Positions 30,636 to 39,014 of a stretch of 64,000 nucleotides of DNA are shown piece after piece. Position 1 is the first letter of the stretch, and every line of letters begins with the position of its first letter. The stretch spans positions 7,894-71,893 of IMG/VR virus record IMGVR_UViG_3300032223_003183; one strand, given 5' to 3'. This DNA comes from a virus. Position numbers and translations under genes: made by a program. Below the pieces are notes generated by a model, which did no database searches, was not told where the DNA came from, and saw only the letters and a program-made list of their open reading frames with translations.

Positions 30636-31907
30636 ATGACAGTTCAAAACTTATACACACAATACCTAGATGGTAAGATAACTAAACAAAAGTTTCTTTA
30701 CGAGGTACGTAGAGATCAAAATCTTACCATGATATCACCTAACAACTCATTTGATGATGTTGTTAAGATATTAAAAAACAAATCTATAATCTCAGAAAAA
30801 GCTTCTAAGGAATCTACAGGAAAACAAGAAGTAGATATTATAGCTAAAACTATTGATATGGTTAACCCATATGAATATGCTAAAGGTATGAAACTTGAAC
30901 TTGACATGATTGATGTTCCTACCAGAACTGATTTAACTGAAGAAGAAGTACTTAAAGCTCAGAAAAAAGTATTAGCTAATTTAACTAAAAATCCTTCTTA
31001 TTATACTGAAAAAATGTATGGTAAAGTTAAATTCGATGGTGATGATACTGTTGAAATTAACAAAAAATCAATTGATGCCCTAGATAAAGGTAAAAAAAAC
31101 GTTATTAGAGAAGGAGTAGATACTAAAACTAGATTTGATGTAACTCTTAGAAATGGTAAACATTTTTCTGGAGTAACATTTATTAATAAAAATTCATTTA
31201 ATACACCTAATGGTGGAACTTATATTAACCAAGATATTGAAAAAGTAACCCCTTCAGATAATCAATTAGGAGAAGAAACTCCTACAAAACCAGGTTATCA
31301 TGCTGATGGTACTCCAAAATCTAATGAAGAGATGAGTGATGACGAACGTGAAGCATTTTACAACGACTCAGATTTTATAAACGAAAGTTACAATCCCTTC
31401 CCAATGAATGAAAAACAAGAAGCAGTATTACAAAGATATGCTGAATCAACAGGTATTCCTTTAGATAATCTTAAAAACATGGTTGCTGAAGCTAAATCCA
31501 AAAAAAAACAATCTAGTGAACCTGTAATGGAAATGGATGAATTTGAAGGTGGAACCGAAGCCTTTGAAGACGATAATGAACCACACGAACTACATATTTT
31601 ATTATCTCAATTAGCTAAAAATGCTATTGAATTAGCTAAAGATCTAAGAGAACTTGAAGCTGAAGGAGTTGATAATTTACCACAATGGTTCCAAGCTAAA
31701 ATTATTATAGCAAAAAATTATATAGAAGGAGCTAGAGAATATTTAGAAGGAGAAATGGGTAATGAATTAGATGAAGGCGAAACTGCTAAAACTAATGATG
31801 CTACTCACAACGCTGCTGTATTACAACAAATAAACCAAGTACCTAACGCAGGAGCTAAAGCAGAATTAACAAAAGCATTTAACTCAGGGCAAGCAATAAA
31901 CATTTAA
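30636..31907 (+). CDS. Multi-segment hypothetical protein, putative prohead core/internal protein
   Basis: Segments separated by ISE, IRE, LGEE, INE, VME, LDE; precedes the prohead protease; TATTTATA at 30625. Confidence 0.5.
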   Translation: MTVQNLYTQYLDGKITKQKFLYEVRRDQNLTMISPNNSFDDVVKILKNKSIISEKASKESTGKQEVDIIAKTIDMVNPYEYAKGMKLELDMIDVPTRTDLTEEEVLKAQKKVLANLTKNPSYYTEKMYGKVKFDGDDTVEINKKSIDALDKGKKNVIREGVDTKTRFDVTLRNGKHFSGVTFINKNSFNTPNGGTYINQDIEKVTPSDNQLGEETPTKPGYHADGTPKSNEEMSDDEREAFYNDSDFINESYNPFPMNEKQEAVLQRYAESTGIPLDNLKNMVAEAKSKKKQSSEPVMEMDEFEGGTEAFEDDNEPHELHILLSQLAKNAIELAKDLRELEAEGVDNLPQWFQAKIIIAKNYIEGAREYLEGEMGNELDEGETAKTNDATHNAAVLQQINQVPNAGAKAELTKAFNSGQAINI

Positions 31908-31908
31908 T

Positions 31909-32532
31909 ATGAGCAAATCACTATTAATAGAATACGCTTTATTTACACCTAAATCTGCAGTACTAACTGAAGGTAAAGGTGATAGAAACTTAGTAGTTCA
32001 AGGTGTTATTCAAAGAGCAGATGCTAAAAACCAAAACGGTAGAATTTATCCTAAAGATATTTTAGCTCGTGAAGTTGAAAAATACATTGAAGGACCTGTT
32101 GCTGAAAACAGAGCATTAGGTGAACTAGATCACCCTGAATCAATGGTTATTAACCTTAAAAATGTATCTCACAACATCAAACAATTATGGTGGGAAGGAG
32201 ATGATTTAATGGGTAAAGTAGAAGTATTACCAACTCCATCAGGTAACATCTTAAAAGAACTTTTTATAAACAAAATTACAGTAGGTATTTCTTCTCGTGG
32301 TATGGGTTCAGTTAAACCTTTAGATGAGGGTACTGTAGAAGTGCAGGACGATCTAGAATTATTATGTTGGGATTTTGTAAGTACTCCATCTACACAAGGT
32401 GCCTTTATGAGACCTGTGGGTTTATCTGAAAGTTATAATCCTCTAGATGTTAATTCCTCAAAGTATTCTAAAGTAAACACTTTAATATCTGATATAATTT
32501 GCTCTCAAAGTGGAGTTTGCTGTATAAGATAA
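31909..32532 (+). CDS. Prohead protease (T4 gp21-like)
   Basis: NQNGRIYP; ALGELDHP; VSHNI; TPSGNI; GISSRGMGS; DFVSTPS. Confidence 0.95.
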   Translation: MSKSLLIEYALFTPKSAVLTEGKGDRNLVVQGVIQRADAKNQNGRIYPKDILAREVEKYIEGPVAENRALGELDHPESMVINLKNVSHNIKQLWWEGDDLMGKVEVLPTPSGNILKELFINKITVGISSRGMGSVKPLDEGTVEVQDDLELLCWDFVSTPSTQGAFMRPVGLSESYNPLDVNSSKYSKVNTLISDIICSQSGVCCIR

Positions 32533-32556
32533 TATTCATAGATTCCTAAAAACTTA

Positions 32557-32605
32557 TTTGGGTTTTGCCTCTTTCTCAATATTTATTGACGGAGCAAAAC
32601 CTAAA
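32557..32605 (+). promoter_or_regulatory. Hairpin enclosing a TATTTAT motif and covering the HNH translation-initiation region
   Basis: TTTGGGTTTTGC (32557-68) pairs with GCAAAACCTAAA (32594-605); inner TCAAT/ATTGA stem; TATTTATT at 32580-87. Confidence 0.6.
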
Positions 32606-32609
32606 ATTT

Positions 32610-33284
32610 ATGGAAACCAAAATATGCCCTACTTGTAAAGTAGAAAAAATTCTAGAAAATTATAATAAAAATAAAAACCGTAAAGACGGTTTACAACGTG
32701 AATGTAAAGAATGTTGTCATTCTCATCATAATAAACATTACCATACTAAAAAATCTCCTCGCTTAAAAGAGGATTTAAAAGAAGGGTATAAAGTATGTAC
32801 TACTTGCAATCAAGAGCTTTTATTAATAAATTTTACTACTCAAAAGGCTGGAAGATTTGGAGTAAATAGTACATGTAAAGTTTGTTTTAATTTAGACTGG
32901 AATGAATATCAAAAAAGAACCGGTCAAAATAATGCCTATAATAAACATCGTAAAGCAACTGACCCTCAATTTAAGCTTAAAACACTATTAAGAGGTAGAT
33001 TACTTGATGCTTTAAAACGTCATACTAAAGGAGGTAAAGTAAATAAAACCCATTCAGCTATAATTTTAATAGGTTGTACAATTGATAAATATAAAACTTA
33101 TCTAGAAAAACAATTTAAACCTGATATGAGTTGGGATAATCATGGGGTTGTATGGGAAATTGATCATATAATACCTTGCTCTAAATTTGATTTAACTAAC
33201 CCTATACAACAAAGTAAATGTTTTAATTATAAAAATACTCAACCTTTATATAAATCTGAAAATAGAAGTAAAGGAAATAGATAA
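32610..33284 (+). CDS. Free-standing HNH homing endonuclease with Zn-ribbon repeats
   Basis: Two KxCxxC...CKxC repeats; MSWDNHG..WEIDHIIP...CFNYKNTQPL..SENRSKG; ATG 32610 preferred over TTG 32565. Confidence 0.85.
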   Translation: METKICPTCKVEKILENYNKNKNRKDGLQRECKECCHSHHNKHYHTKKSPRLKEDLKEGYKVCTTCNQELLLINFTTQKAGRFGVNSTCKVCFNLDWNEYQKRTGQNNAYNKHRKATDPQFKLKTLLRGRLLDALKRHTKGGKVNKTHSAIILIGCTIDKYKTYLEKQFKPDMSWDNHGVVWEIDHIIPCSKFDLTNPIQQSKCFNYKNTQPLYKSENRSKGNR

Positions 33285-33312
33285 TTATAATATTTATTAT
33301 AAAGTATAAAAC

Positions 33313-33591
33313 ATGGAAAATTTTGACTTTAAAAAATACATTGCTGAAGGTAAATTATTGACTGAGAATGAATCTATTACTATAACTAAAATAGAAAAAG
33401 GTAGAGATACAGGTATGGCATTTGGTGCAATAGGCGCAGGGTATACTATAACATTATCTAATAATAAAATTGTTGATTCTGATGATGAGGATTTATTAGA
33501 TAGATATTCTGAACTTAGACAAGATGGCAGAAAAAATTTAGACCAGTTAAATAAGATATTAGTTGGTAAGCCATGGGATATGGAATATTAG
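33313..33591 (+). CDS. Hypothetical protein, putative internal head protein
   Basis: MENFDFKKYIAEGKLLTE leader resembles the T4 capsid-targeting sequence (MKTYQEFIAE); TATTTATT at 33291. Confidence 0.55.
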   Translation: MENFDFKKYIAEGKLLTENESITITKIEKGRDTGMAFGAIGAGYTITLSNNKIVDSDDEDLLDRYSELRQDGRKNLDQLNKILVGKPWDMEY

Positions 33592-33634
33592 ATAAAAATA
33601 CTCTCCCGATTTTACAAGTCTATTGTAAAAGACT

Positions 33635-33664
33635 AATGCACTCCCTAAAAAGAGTGCATTTTTT
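33635..33664 (+). terminator. Intrinsic terminator
   Basis: AATGCACTC-loop-GAGTGCATT followed by TTTT. Confidence 0.75.
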
Positions 33665-33676
33665 ATTTCTCTTATA

Positions 33677-33684
33677 TATTTATA
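33677..33684 (+). promoter_or_regulatory. TATTTATA putative late promoter of the scaffold-capsid operon
   Basis: After the terminator, about 96 nt upstream of the scaffold ATG. Confidence 0.6.
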
Positions 33685-33697
33685 GCCGTCTTATGAT

Positions 33698-33760
33698 AGA
33701 TTATCCCAATATAATCTCCCTCACAATAAAAAAATTCTATATTACTTCCTAATAAGTAAT
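33698..33760 (+). promoter_or_regulatory. Twin 7-bp hairpins with CCYAAT loops in the 5' leader
   Basis: AGATTAT-CCCAAT-ATAATCT (33698-717) and ATTACTT-CCTAAT-AAGTAAT (33741-760). Confidence 0.55.
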
Positions 33761-33780
33761 CAAACAATCACAAAAATATT

Positions 33781-34812
33781 ATGGCAAACGAAAACACTAA
33801 AATCTTTAGTGAAGCAATCGCTGAAGCAAAGGCTATTAGAGAAACAGCTATGGTTAATGCAAAACTTGCTCTAGAAGAAGCTTTCGCTCCTCGTATTCAA
33901 GAAATGATGAATGAAAAATTATCATCAATGTATGAAGACGAAGATTTGGAAGAAGATGATCATACTAAAAATGGTATGGCACCTGAAGATCAAACAGATT
34001 CAATGGAAGAAATTTCATTAGAAGAACTTTTAGCAGAACTAGAAGATCTAGAAGAAAACGAAATGGAAGAAGGTACTAGTTACTCAGAAAAAGACGGAAC
34101 AGTAGATCCAGGAGTAAACGATCCTTACGAAAAATCAACTAAATTCGTAGACCCAGGAGTAAACGATCCTTACGAACAATCATTAGAAGAAGCTGAAGAC
34201 AAAGACACAGTAACTGAAATTACAGTTAAAGATTTAAAAGATATCTTTAGAGATGTAGTAGCAGATTTACTAGGTGGTCCAGAAAGCGAAGAAAATGATG
34301 AAGATGAAGGTGAACCAGGTCACGAAGAAGGAGAAACTCCTGAAGAAGAAGCTGGTGAAGGTGAAGAAAAAGAACTAAGTTTAGAAGAAATCTTAGCTGA
34401 ACTTGAAGAAGATATGGATCCTTCAGAAATGGTAAGTGAAGAACAAACTGAGGAACTTGAAGAAGCAATGAATACAATTGCTCAATTACGTTCTGAACTA
34501 AACGAAGTTAATCTTTTGAATTCAAAATTACTTTACGTTAACAAGTTGTTTAAATCTAAAAACTTAACAGAAGCTCAAAAAGTAAAAGTAATTAACGCTT
34601 TTGATAGAGCTGAAACAGTTAAAGAGTCTAAAAACATCTATGAAACATTACAAGAATCATTAACATCTATGACTTCAACTTCTAACGCTAAGTCTCAAAT
34701 CAAAGAATCTCTTTCATTTGCTTCTAAACCAGCTGGAGTTGCTGACAGAAAACCAATCGTTGAAAACAACGATTTTGTAGCAAGAATGCAAAAACTTGCA
34801 GGAATTATTTAA
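33781..34812 (+). CDS. Prohead scaffolding/core protein (T4 gp22-like position)
   Basis: Very acidic with many LEE sites, coiled coil, C-terminal RMQKLAGII; immediately before the MCP. Confidence 0.8.
   Translation: MANENTKIFSEAIAEAKAIRETAMVNAKLALEEAFAPRIQEMMNEKLSSMYEDEDLEEDDHTKNGMAPEDQTDSMEEISLEELLAELEDLEENEMEEGTSYSEKDGTVDPGVNDPYEKSTKFVDPGVNDPYEQSLEEAEDKDTVTEITVKDLKDIFRDVVADLLGGPESEENDEDEGEPGHEEGETPEEEAGEGEEKELSLEEILAELEEDMDPSEMVSEEQTEELEEAMNTIAQLRSELNEVNLLNSKLLYVNKLFKSKNLTEAQKVKVINAFDRAETVKESKNIYETLQESLTSMTSTSNAKSQIKESLSFASKPAGVADRKPIVENNDFVARMQKLAGII
34102..34176 (+). repeat. 30-bp direct repeat x2 (45-bp period) encoding VDPGVNDPYE
   Basis: gtagatccaggagtaaacgatccttacgaa / gtagacccaggagtaaacgatccttacgaa. 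Confidence 0.85.
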
Positions 34813-34849
34813 AAACATTAAAACAACAAAAATCTAAAATTACATTATT

Positions 34850-36529
34850 ATGTCAAACATGATTAATTCATTATTAGAGACTGCTAACCCTTACCAATCA
34901 TTGCAGAAAGATACTGCTAGATTGGCTGGAAAATGGGCTAAATCAGGTCTTTTAGAAGGTATTTCTAACGAAACAGATAAGTCTAACATGGCTCTTATCT
35001 TAGAAAACCAAGCAAAACAATTAGTAGTAGAATCTTCTGCTACAGGAACAGGTGGTACTTTTACCGCTGGTACAGGTGAGCAATACGCTGCAGTAGCATT
35101 ACCATTAGTACGTAAAGTATTTGGTCAATTAGCTGCTAAAGAATTCGTTTCTGTTCAACCAATGAGCTTACCAGCTGGTTTAGTATTCTTCTTAGATTTC
35201 CAATATGGAACTTTAACTGATCCACTTTCTAACGTAGCAGGTCAAAACTCACTTTATGGTAACCAAACAGCTAACTTCGGTAACGATAGAGCAGGTGGTT
35301 TATATGGTGCTGGTAGATTTGGATACTCAATCAACCAATTCTCAGCTTCTACTTTAACTGCTGTAACTTCAAACGGTTCAACTTTAGCAACTAATACATA
35401 CGCTACTGCTTCATGGCCTAACGTATATTTTGATGCTGATTTATCTGCTTCTGTAGCTGCTGGTAACATTAAAGCTGTAACAGTTCCTACTTCATCTATT
35501 CCTAATTTTGATCCAAACGGAATCAGAGCATTTGTATTCCAATCATCTTCTGCTTTTGTTAATGCTAATGCATTACCACAATTTACTCAATTAGAGTTAG
35601 TAAGTGGAAATATTACTTTCTTCTTTACTGCTTCTCAAGCTATTTTAGCTGCTTCTTCTACACCAACTGCTATTCTTTATAACAAAGGTACTAAAGATAA
35701 CGCAAGAGGTGATTTCGAAGATGCTGCAGGTGGTGGATATCCAAACAATGACTCTTCAACAGCAATCTCTATTCCAGAGATTAACGTTCAAATGAGATCA
35801 GAAGCTATTGTTGCTAAAACACGTAAGTTAAAAGCACAATGGACTCCAGAGTTCTCTCAAGACCTTAACGCATTCCACTCACTTGATGCTGAAGCTGAAT
35901 TAACTTCTATCTTATCAGAGTACATCTCATTAGAGATTGATCTTGAAATTTTAGATATGTTGATCCAAAACGTTCCAACAAACCAAGTTGAATACTGGTC
36001 TGCAAAAGTAGGTAGTTCAGTACAAAATGGTAACTACGTTTCTGGTAGTACATCAGGTGTTTACTACACTCAAATGTCTTGGTTCCAAACTTTAGGAATT
36101 AAATTGCAAAAAATCTCTAACATCATCCACCAAAGAACTTTAAGAGGTGGTGCTAACTTCATCGTTGTTTCTCCAACAGTTGCTACAGTATTAGAATCTA
36201 TCCCTGGATTTGCTGCTGATACAGATGGTGATTCAGCTAAAATGACTTATGCATTTGGTGTTCAGAAAATTGGTTCATTAAACTCTAGATATAAAGTTTA
36301 CAAAAATCCTTACATGTTAGAGAACACTATCTTGATGGGATTCAGAGGTAACCAATTCTTAGAATCAGGTGCTGTTTATGCTCCATATGTTCCACTTATC
36401 ATGACTCCATTAGTGTACGATCCTAATACTTTCACACCAAGGAAAGGTATCATGACTCGTTACGCTAAGAAAATGGTAAGACCAGAATTCTATGGTAAAG
36501 TATTAGTTGCTGATACTAACATTATCTAA
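34850..36529 (+). CDS. Major capsid protein (T4 gp23-like)
   Basis: VSVQPMSLPAGLVFFLDF; AKTRKLKAQWTPEFSQDL; EAELTSILS; YAPYVPL; FTPRKGIMTRY. Confidence 0.96.
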   Translation: MSNMINSLLETANPYQSLQKDTARLAGKWAKSGLLEGISNETDKSNMALILENQAKQLVVESSATGTGGTFTAGTGEQYAAVALPLVRKVFGQLAAKEFVSVQPMSLPAGLVFFLDFQYGTLTDPLSNVAGQNSLYGNQTANFGNDRAGGLYGAGRFGYSINQFSASTLTAVTSNGSTLATNTYATASWPNVYFDADLSASVAAGNIKAVTVPTSSIPNFDPNGIRAFVFQSSSAFVNANALPQFTQLELVSGNITFFFTASQAILAASSTPTAILYNKGTKDNARGDFEDAAGGGYPNNDSSTAISIPEINVQMRSEAIVAKTRKLKAQWTPEFSQDLNAFHSLDAEAELTSILSEYISLEIDLEILDMLIQNVPTNQVEYWSAKVGSSVQNGNYVSGSTSGVYYTQMSWFQTLGIKLQKISNIIHQRTLRGGANFIVVSPTVATVLESIPGFAADTDGDSAKMTYAFGVQKIGSLNSRYKVYKNPYMLENTILMGFRGNQFLESGAVYAPYVPLIMTPLVYDPNTFTPRKGIMTRYAKKMVRPEFYGKVLVADTNII

Positions 36530-36550
36530 GAATAACGATTCTTAATATAA

Positions 36551-36579
36551 AGAAGCCTAGCGAAAGCTAGGCTTTTTTT
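36551..36579 (+). terminator. Intrinsic terminator after the MCP gene
   Basis: AAGCCTAGC-GAAA-GCTAGGCTT followed by TTTTT. Confidence 0.9.
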
Positions 36580-36611
36580 ATTATATTTATGTTAAACTAA
36601 ACGTTACTAAT

Positions 36612-37298
36612 ATGGCTTCAAACCACCACACTGATGAGGTTTTTACTCAAAAAAGAAAACCTAAAAACCCAATTAAGTTCCAACTCCAACTTAATGAAGA
36701 ACAAAAACAAGCAAAAGCACTTATTATTGAAAATCCAGTTGTCGTTCTAAAAGGAATGGCAGGTTCAGGAAAAACACTAGTAGCGGTACAAGCAGCTCTA
36801 GATATGCTTTTCAGTAAAGAAGTAGAAAAAATTGTTATAACAAGACCAACTGTAGCCAAAGAAGATTTAGGATTCCTTCCAGGTGATTTAAAGGAAAAAA
36901 TGGATCCTTGGTTAGCACCAATCTATCATAACTTATACATGTTATATGGTAAAGATAAGGTAGATAGAGAAATAGAGCAAGGTAATATTGAAATTGTACC
37001 ATTTGCTTTTATGAGAGGTAGAACATTTGTTGATTCATTTGTTATTGTAGATGAAGCACAAAACGTTACTCACGATCAAATGGAAACTGTTTTAGGAAGA
37101 CTTGGTAAAGGATCTAAAATGGTTATTTGTGGAGATTTAGCTCAAATAGATTTAAAAACCAAAAAGGATACTGGGTTTTCATTTTTAACAAGAATAGAAG
37201 AACAAGTAAAAGGGTTTAGAGTATTTGCTCTACAAGCCAATCATAGACATGATATAGTATCTCCTATACTAAAAGTATACCAAGACTTCAGAGATTAA
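36612..37298 (+). CDS. phoH: PhoH-family ATPase
   Basis: GMAGSGKT; ITRP; LGFLPGDLKEKMDPW; FMRGRTF; IVDEAQN; GDLAQID; HRH. Confidence 0.93.
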   Translation: MASNHHTDEVFTQKRKPKNPIKFQLQLNEEQKQAKALIIENPVVVLKGMAGSGKTLVAVQAALDMLFSKEVEKIVITRPTVAKEDLGFLPGDLKEKMDPWLAPIYHNLYMLYGKDKVDREIEQGNIEIVPFAFMRGRTFVDSFVIVDEAQNVTHDQMETVLGRLGKGSKMVICGDLAQIDLKTKKDTGFSFLTRIEEQVKGFRVFALQANHRHDIVSPILKVYQDFRD

Positions 37299-37300
37299 AA

Positions 37301-37308
37301 TATTTATA
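37301..37308 (+). promoter_or_regulatory. TATTTATA putative late promoter
   Basis: 14 nt before ATG 37323. Confidence 0.6.
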
Positions 37309-37322
37309 TCAAATAATACACT

Positions 37323-38486
37323 ATGGCAAATTCACAAGTCTGGTCAGGAACAGCAACTTTTACAACAGGATCAACTCCTTTTGGTTTTTATGATACCGAT
37401 ACTCAATTTCAAACAGATGCTGTAAAAGTAGCAAAATTCTGTGCTCAAAGATTAGGATACCCTTCAATGGATGTTGAAATGGGTGATGTTGAATTTTTTA
37501 CTTGTTTTGAAGAAGCTGTAACAACTTACGGAAATGAACTTTACCTATATCAAATTAGAAATAACTTCTTATCATTAGAAGCTAATTCAACTCAAGTTAC
37601 TCTTAATGATAAAGTTATTAACCCTTCATTAGGTAATTTAATTAGAATGGCTGCTGATTATGGTAGTGAAGCAGGAGTAGGTGGTCATACTGCTTATTAT
37701 ACTGGTTCTATAGATATGCAAGCAGGTGTACAGGATTATGATTTAAAGGCATGGGCTTCATCATCAGGAGTAATAACTGGAAGTGATTCAATTGAAATAA
37801 AAGCAGTTTATTATGAAAATGCTCCTGCTATTGTAAGATATTTTGACCCTTATGCTGGAACAGGATACGGATCACAACAATTATTAGACGCATTTGGATT
37901 TGGTAATCAATCTCCTGCTATTAACTTTATGTTAATGCCTCTTAATTATGATATTGCAACAATTCAAGCAATTGAATTGAATGATCAAATTAGAAGATCA
38001 GCATTTTCATTTAACATTGTGAATAATAAATTAAAAATATTCCCAGTCCCAAATGTTGCTAAAAAATTATTTTTTGAATATATTAAAGTCTCAGAAAGAG
38101 ATAGTGTGATAGCTACTACAGGACCTGGATCAGGAGCCAATTTAATTACTGATATATCAAATGTACCTTATACAAATCCAACTTATACACATATAAATGC
38201 TCCGGGTAGGTATTGGATATTTGAATATACATTAGCATTAGCAACCGAAACTTTAGCATTTATTAGAGGTAAATATACCCAAGTACCTATACCAGGTGCA
38301 GAAGTAACGTTAAATCAGGCCGATTTACTATCTAAAGCTAGAGATTTACAAACGGCGTTAATTGATAAATTACGTACCGATTTAGACGAGGCTTCACGTA
38401 GAACTCAATTACAAAGAAAAGCAGACGAAAACGATGCAATGGCTAGAACCATGCAACAGGTTCCAATGAACATTTTTATAGGATAA
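37323..38486 (+). CDS. Neck/head-tail adaptor protein (T4 gp13-like)
   Basis: RLGYPSMDVEM; WIFEYTLALA...RGKY..VPIPG.EVTLN; position after the MCP. Confidence 0.75.
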   Translation: MANSQVWSGTATFTTGSTPFGFYDTDTQFQTDAVKVAKFCAQRLGYPSMDVEMGDVEFFTCFEEAVTTYGNELYLYQIRNNFLSLEANSTQVTLNDKVINPSLGNLIRMAADYGSEAGVGGHTAYYTGSIDMQAGVQDYDLKAWASSSGVITGSDSIEIKAVYYENAPAIVRYFDPYAGTGYGSQQLLDAFGFGNQSPAINFMLMPLNYDIATIQAIELNDQIRRSAFSFNIVNNKLKIFPVPNVAKKLFFEYIKVSERDSVIATTGPGSGANLITDISNVPYTNPTYTHINAPGRYWIFEYTLALATETLAFIRGKYTQVPIPGAEVTLNQADLLSKARDLQTALIDKLRTDLDEASRRTQLQRKADENDAMARTMQQVPMNIFIG

Positions 38487-38487
38487 T

Positions 38488-39012
38488 ATGGCATATTTTG
38501 GACGAAGTCGAGACATAAGCATGTTTACTAACATTAACAATGAATTGTTAAATCAAGTAATAGAACAAAAAGTTGGTTTTTATCAATGCATTTTGGACGA
38601 AACTGATCATAACATTTATGGTGAAAGTTTACATAAAAAATATATTGGACCTGTATTATTATCTTGTTTATTAGAAAGAGGTGATACAGAACCTGTAACT
38701 GATGAATTTGGAATGGATTTTACAAGAAAACTAGTTGTAAGATTTTTTCAACCACATTTAATAGCAGCAAATGCTAATCCTGAAGTAGGTGATATAATTT
38801 TATGGAATGAAGATTACTATGAAATTAATAATGTAAATGAAAATCAATTAGTAGTAGGTAAAGATCCATTATACGCTTATACAAGTGATGATTATGTTCC
38901 TGATGCAGGTACTAGTTTATCAATTATAGTAGAATGTTTCTATACCCACCCAGAAAAAGTTAACATTAGAGAAAATAGATTCCCAGGTGATCCTGGTTCA
39001 ATGGTAGTATAA
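38488..39012 (+). CDS. Neck/head-closure protein (T4 gp14-like)
   Basis: NIYGES; DEFGMD; PEVGDIILW..YYEI; follows the gp13-like gene. Confidence 0.65.
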   Translation: MAYFGRSRDISMFTNINNELLNQVIEQKVGFYQCILDETDHNIYGESLHKKYIGPVLLSCLLERGDTEPVTDEFGMDFTRKLVVRFFQPHLIAANANPEVGDIILWNEDYYEINNVNENQLVVGKDPLYAYTSDDYVPDAGTSLSIIVECFYTHPEKVNIRENRFPGDPGSMVV

Positions 39013-39014
39013 TT

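Noticed and set aside
32533-33312. Group I intron or intein around the HNH gene
   Set aside because: The flanking genes are intact and the non-coding flanks are too short for a ribozyme core.
33610-33630. Extra hairpin TTTTACAA-GTCTA-TTGTAAAA before the terminator
   Set aside because: Almost all A-T pairs in a very AT-rich genome, so it could be chance.
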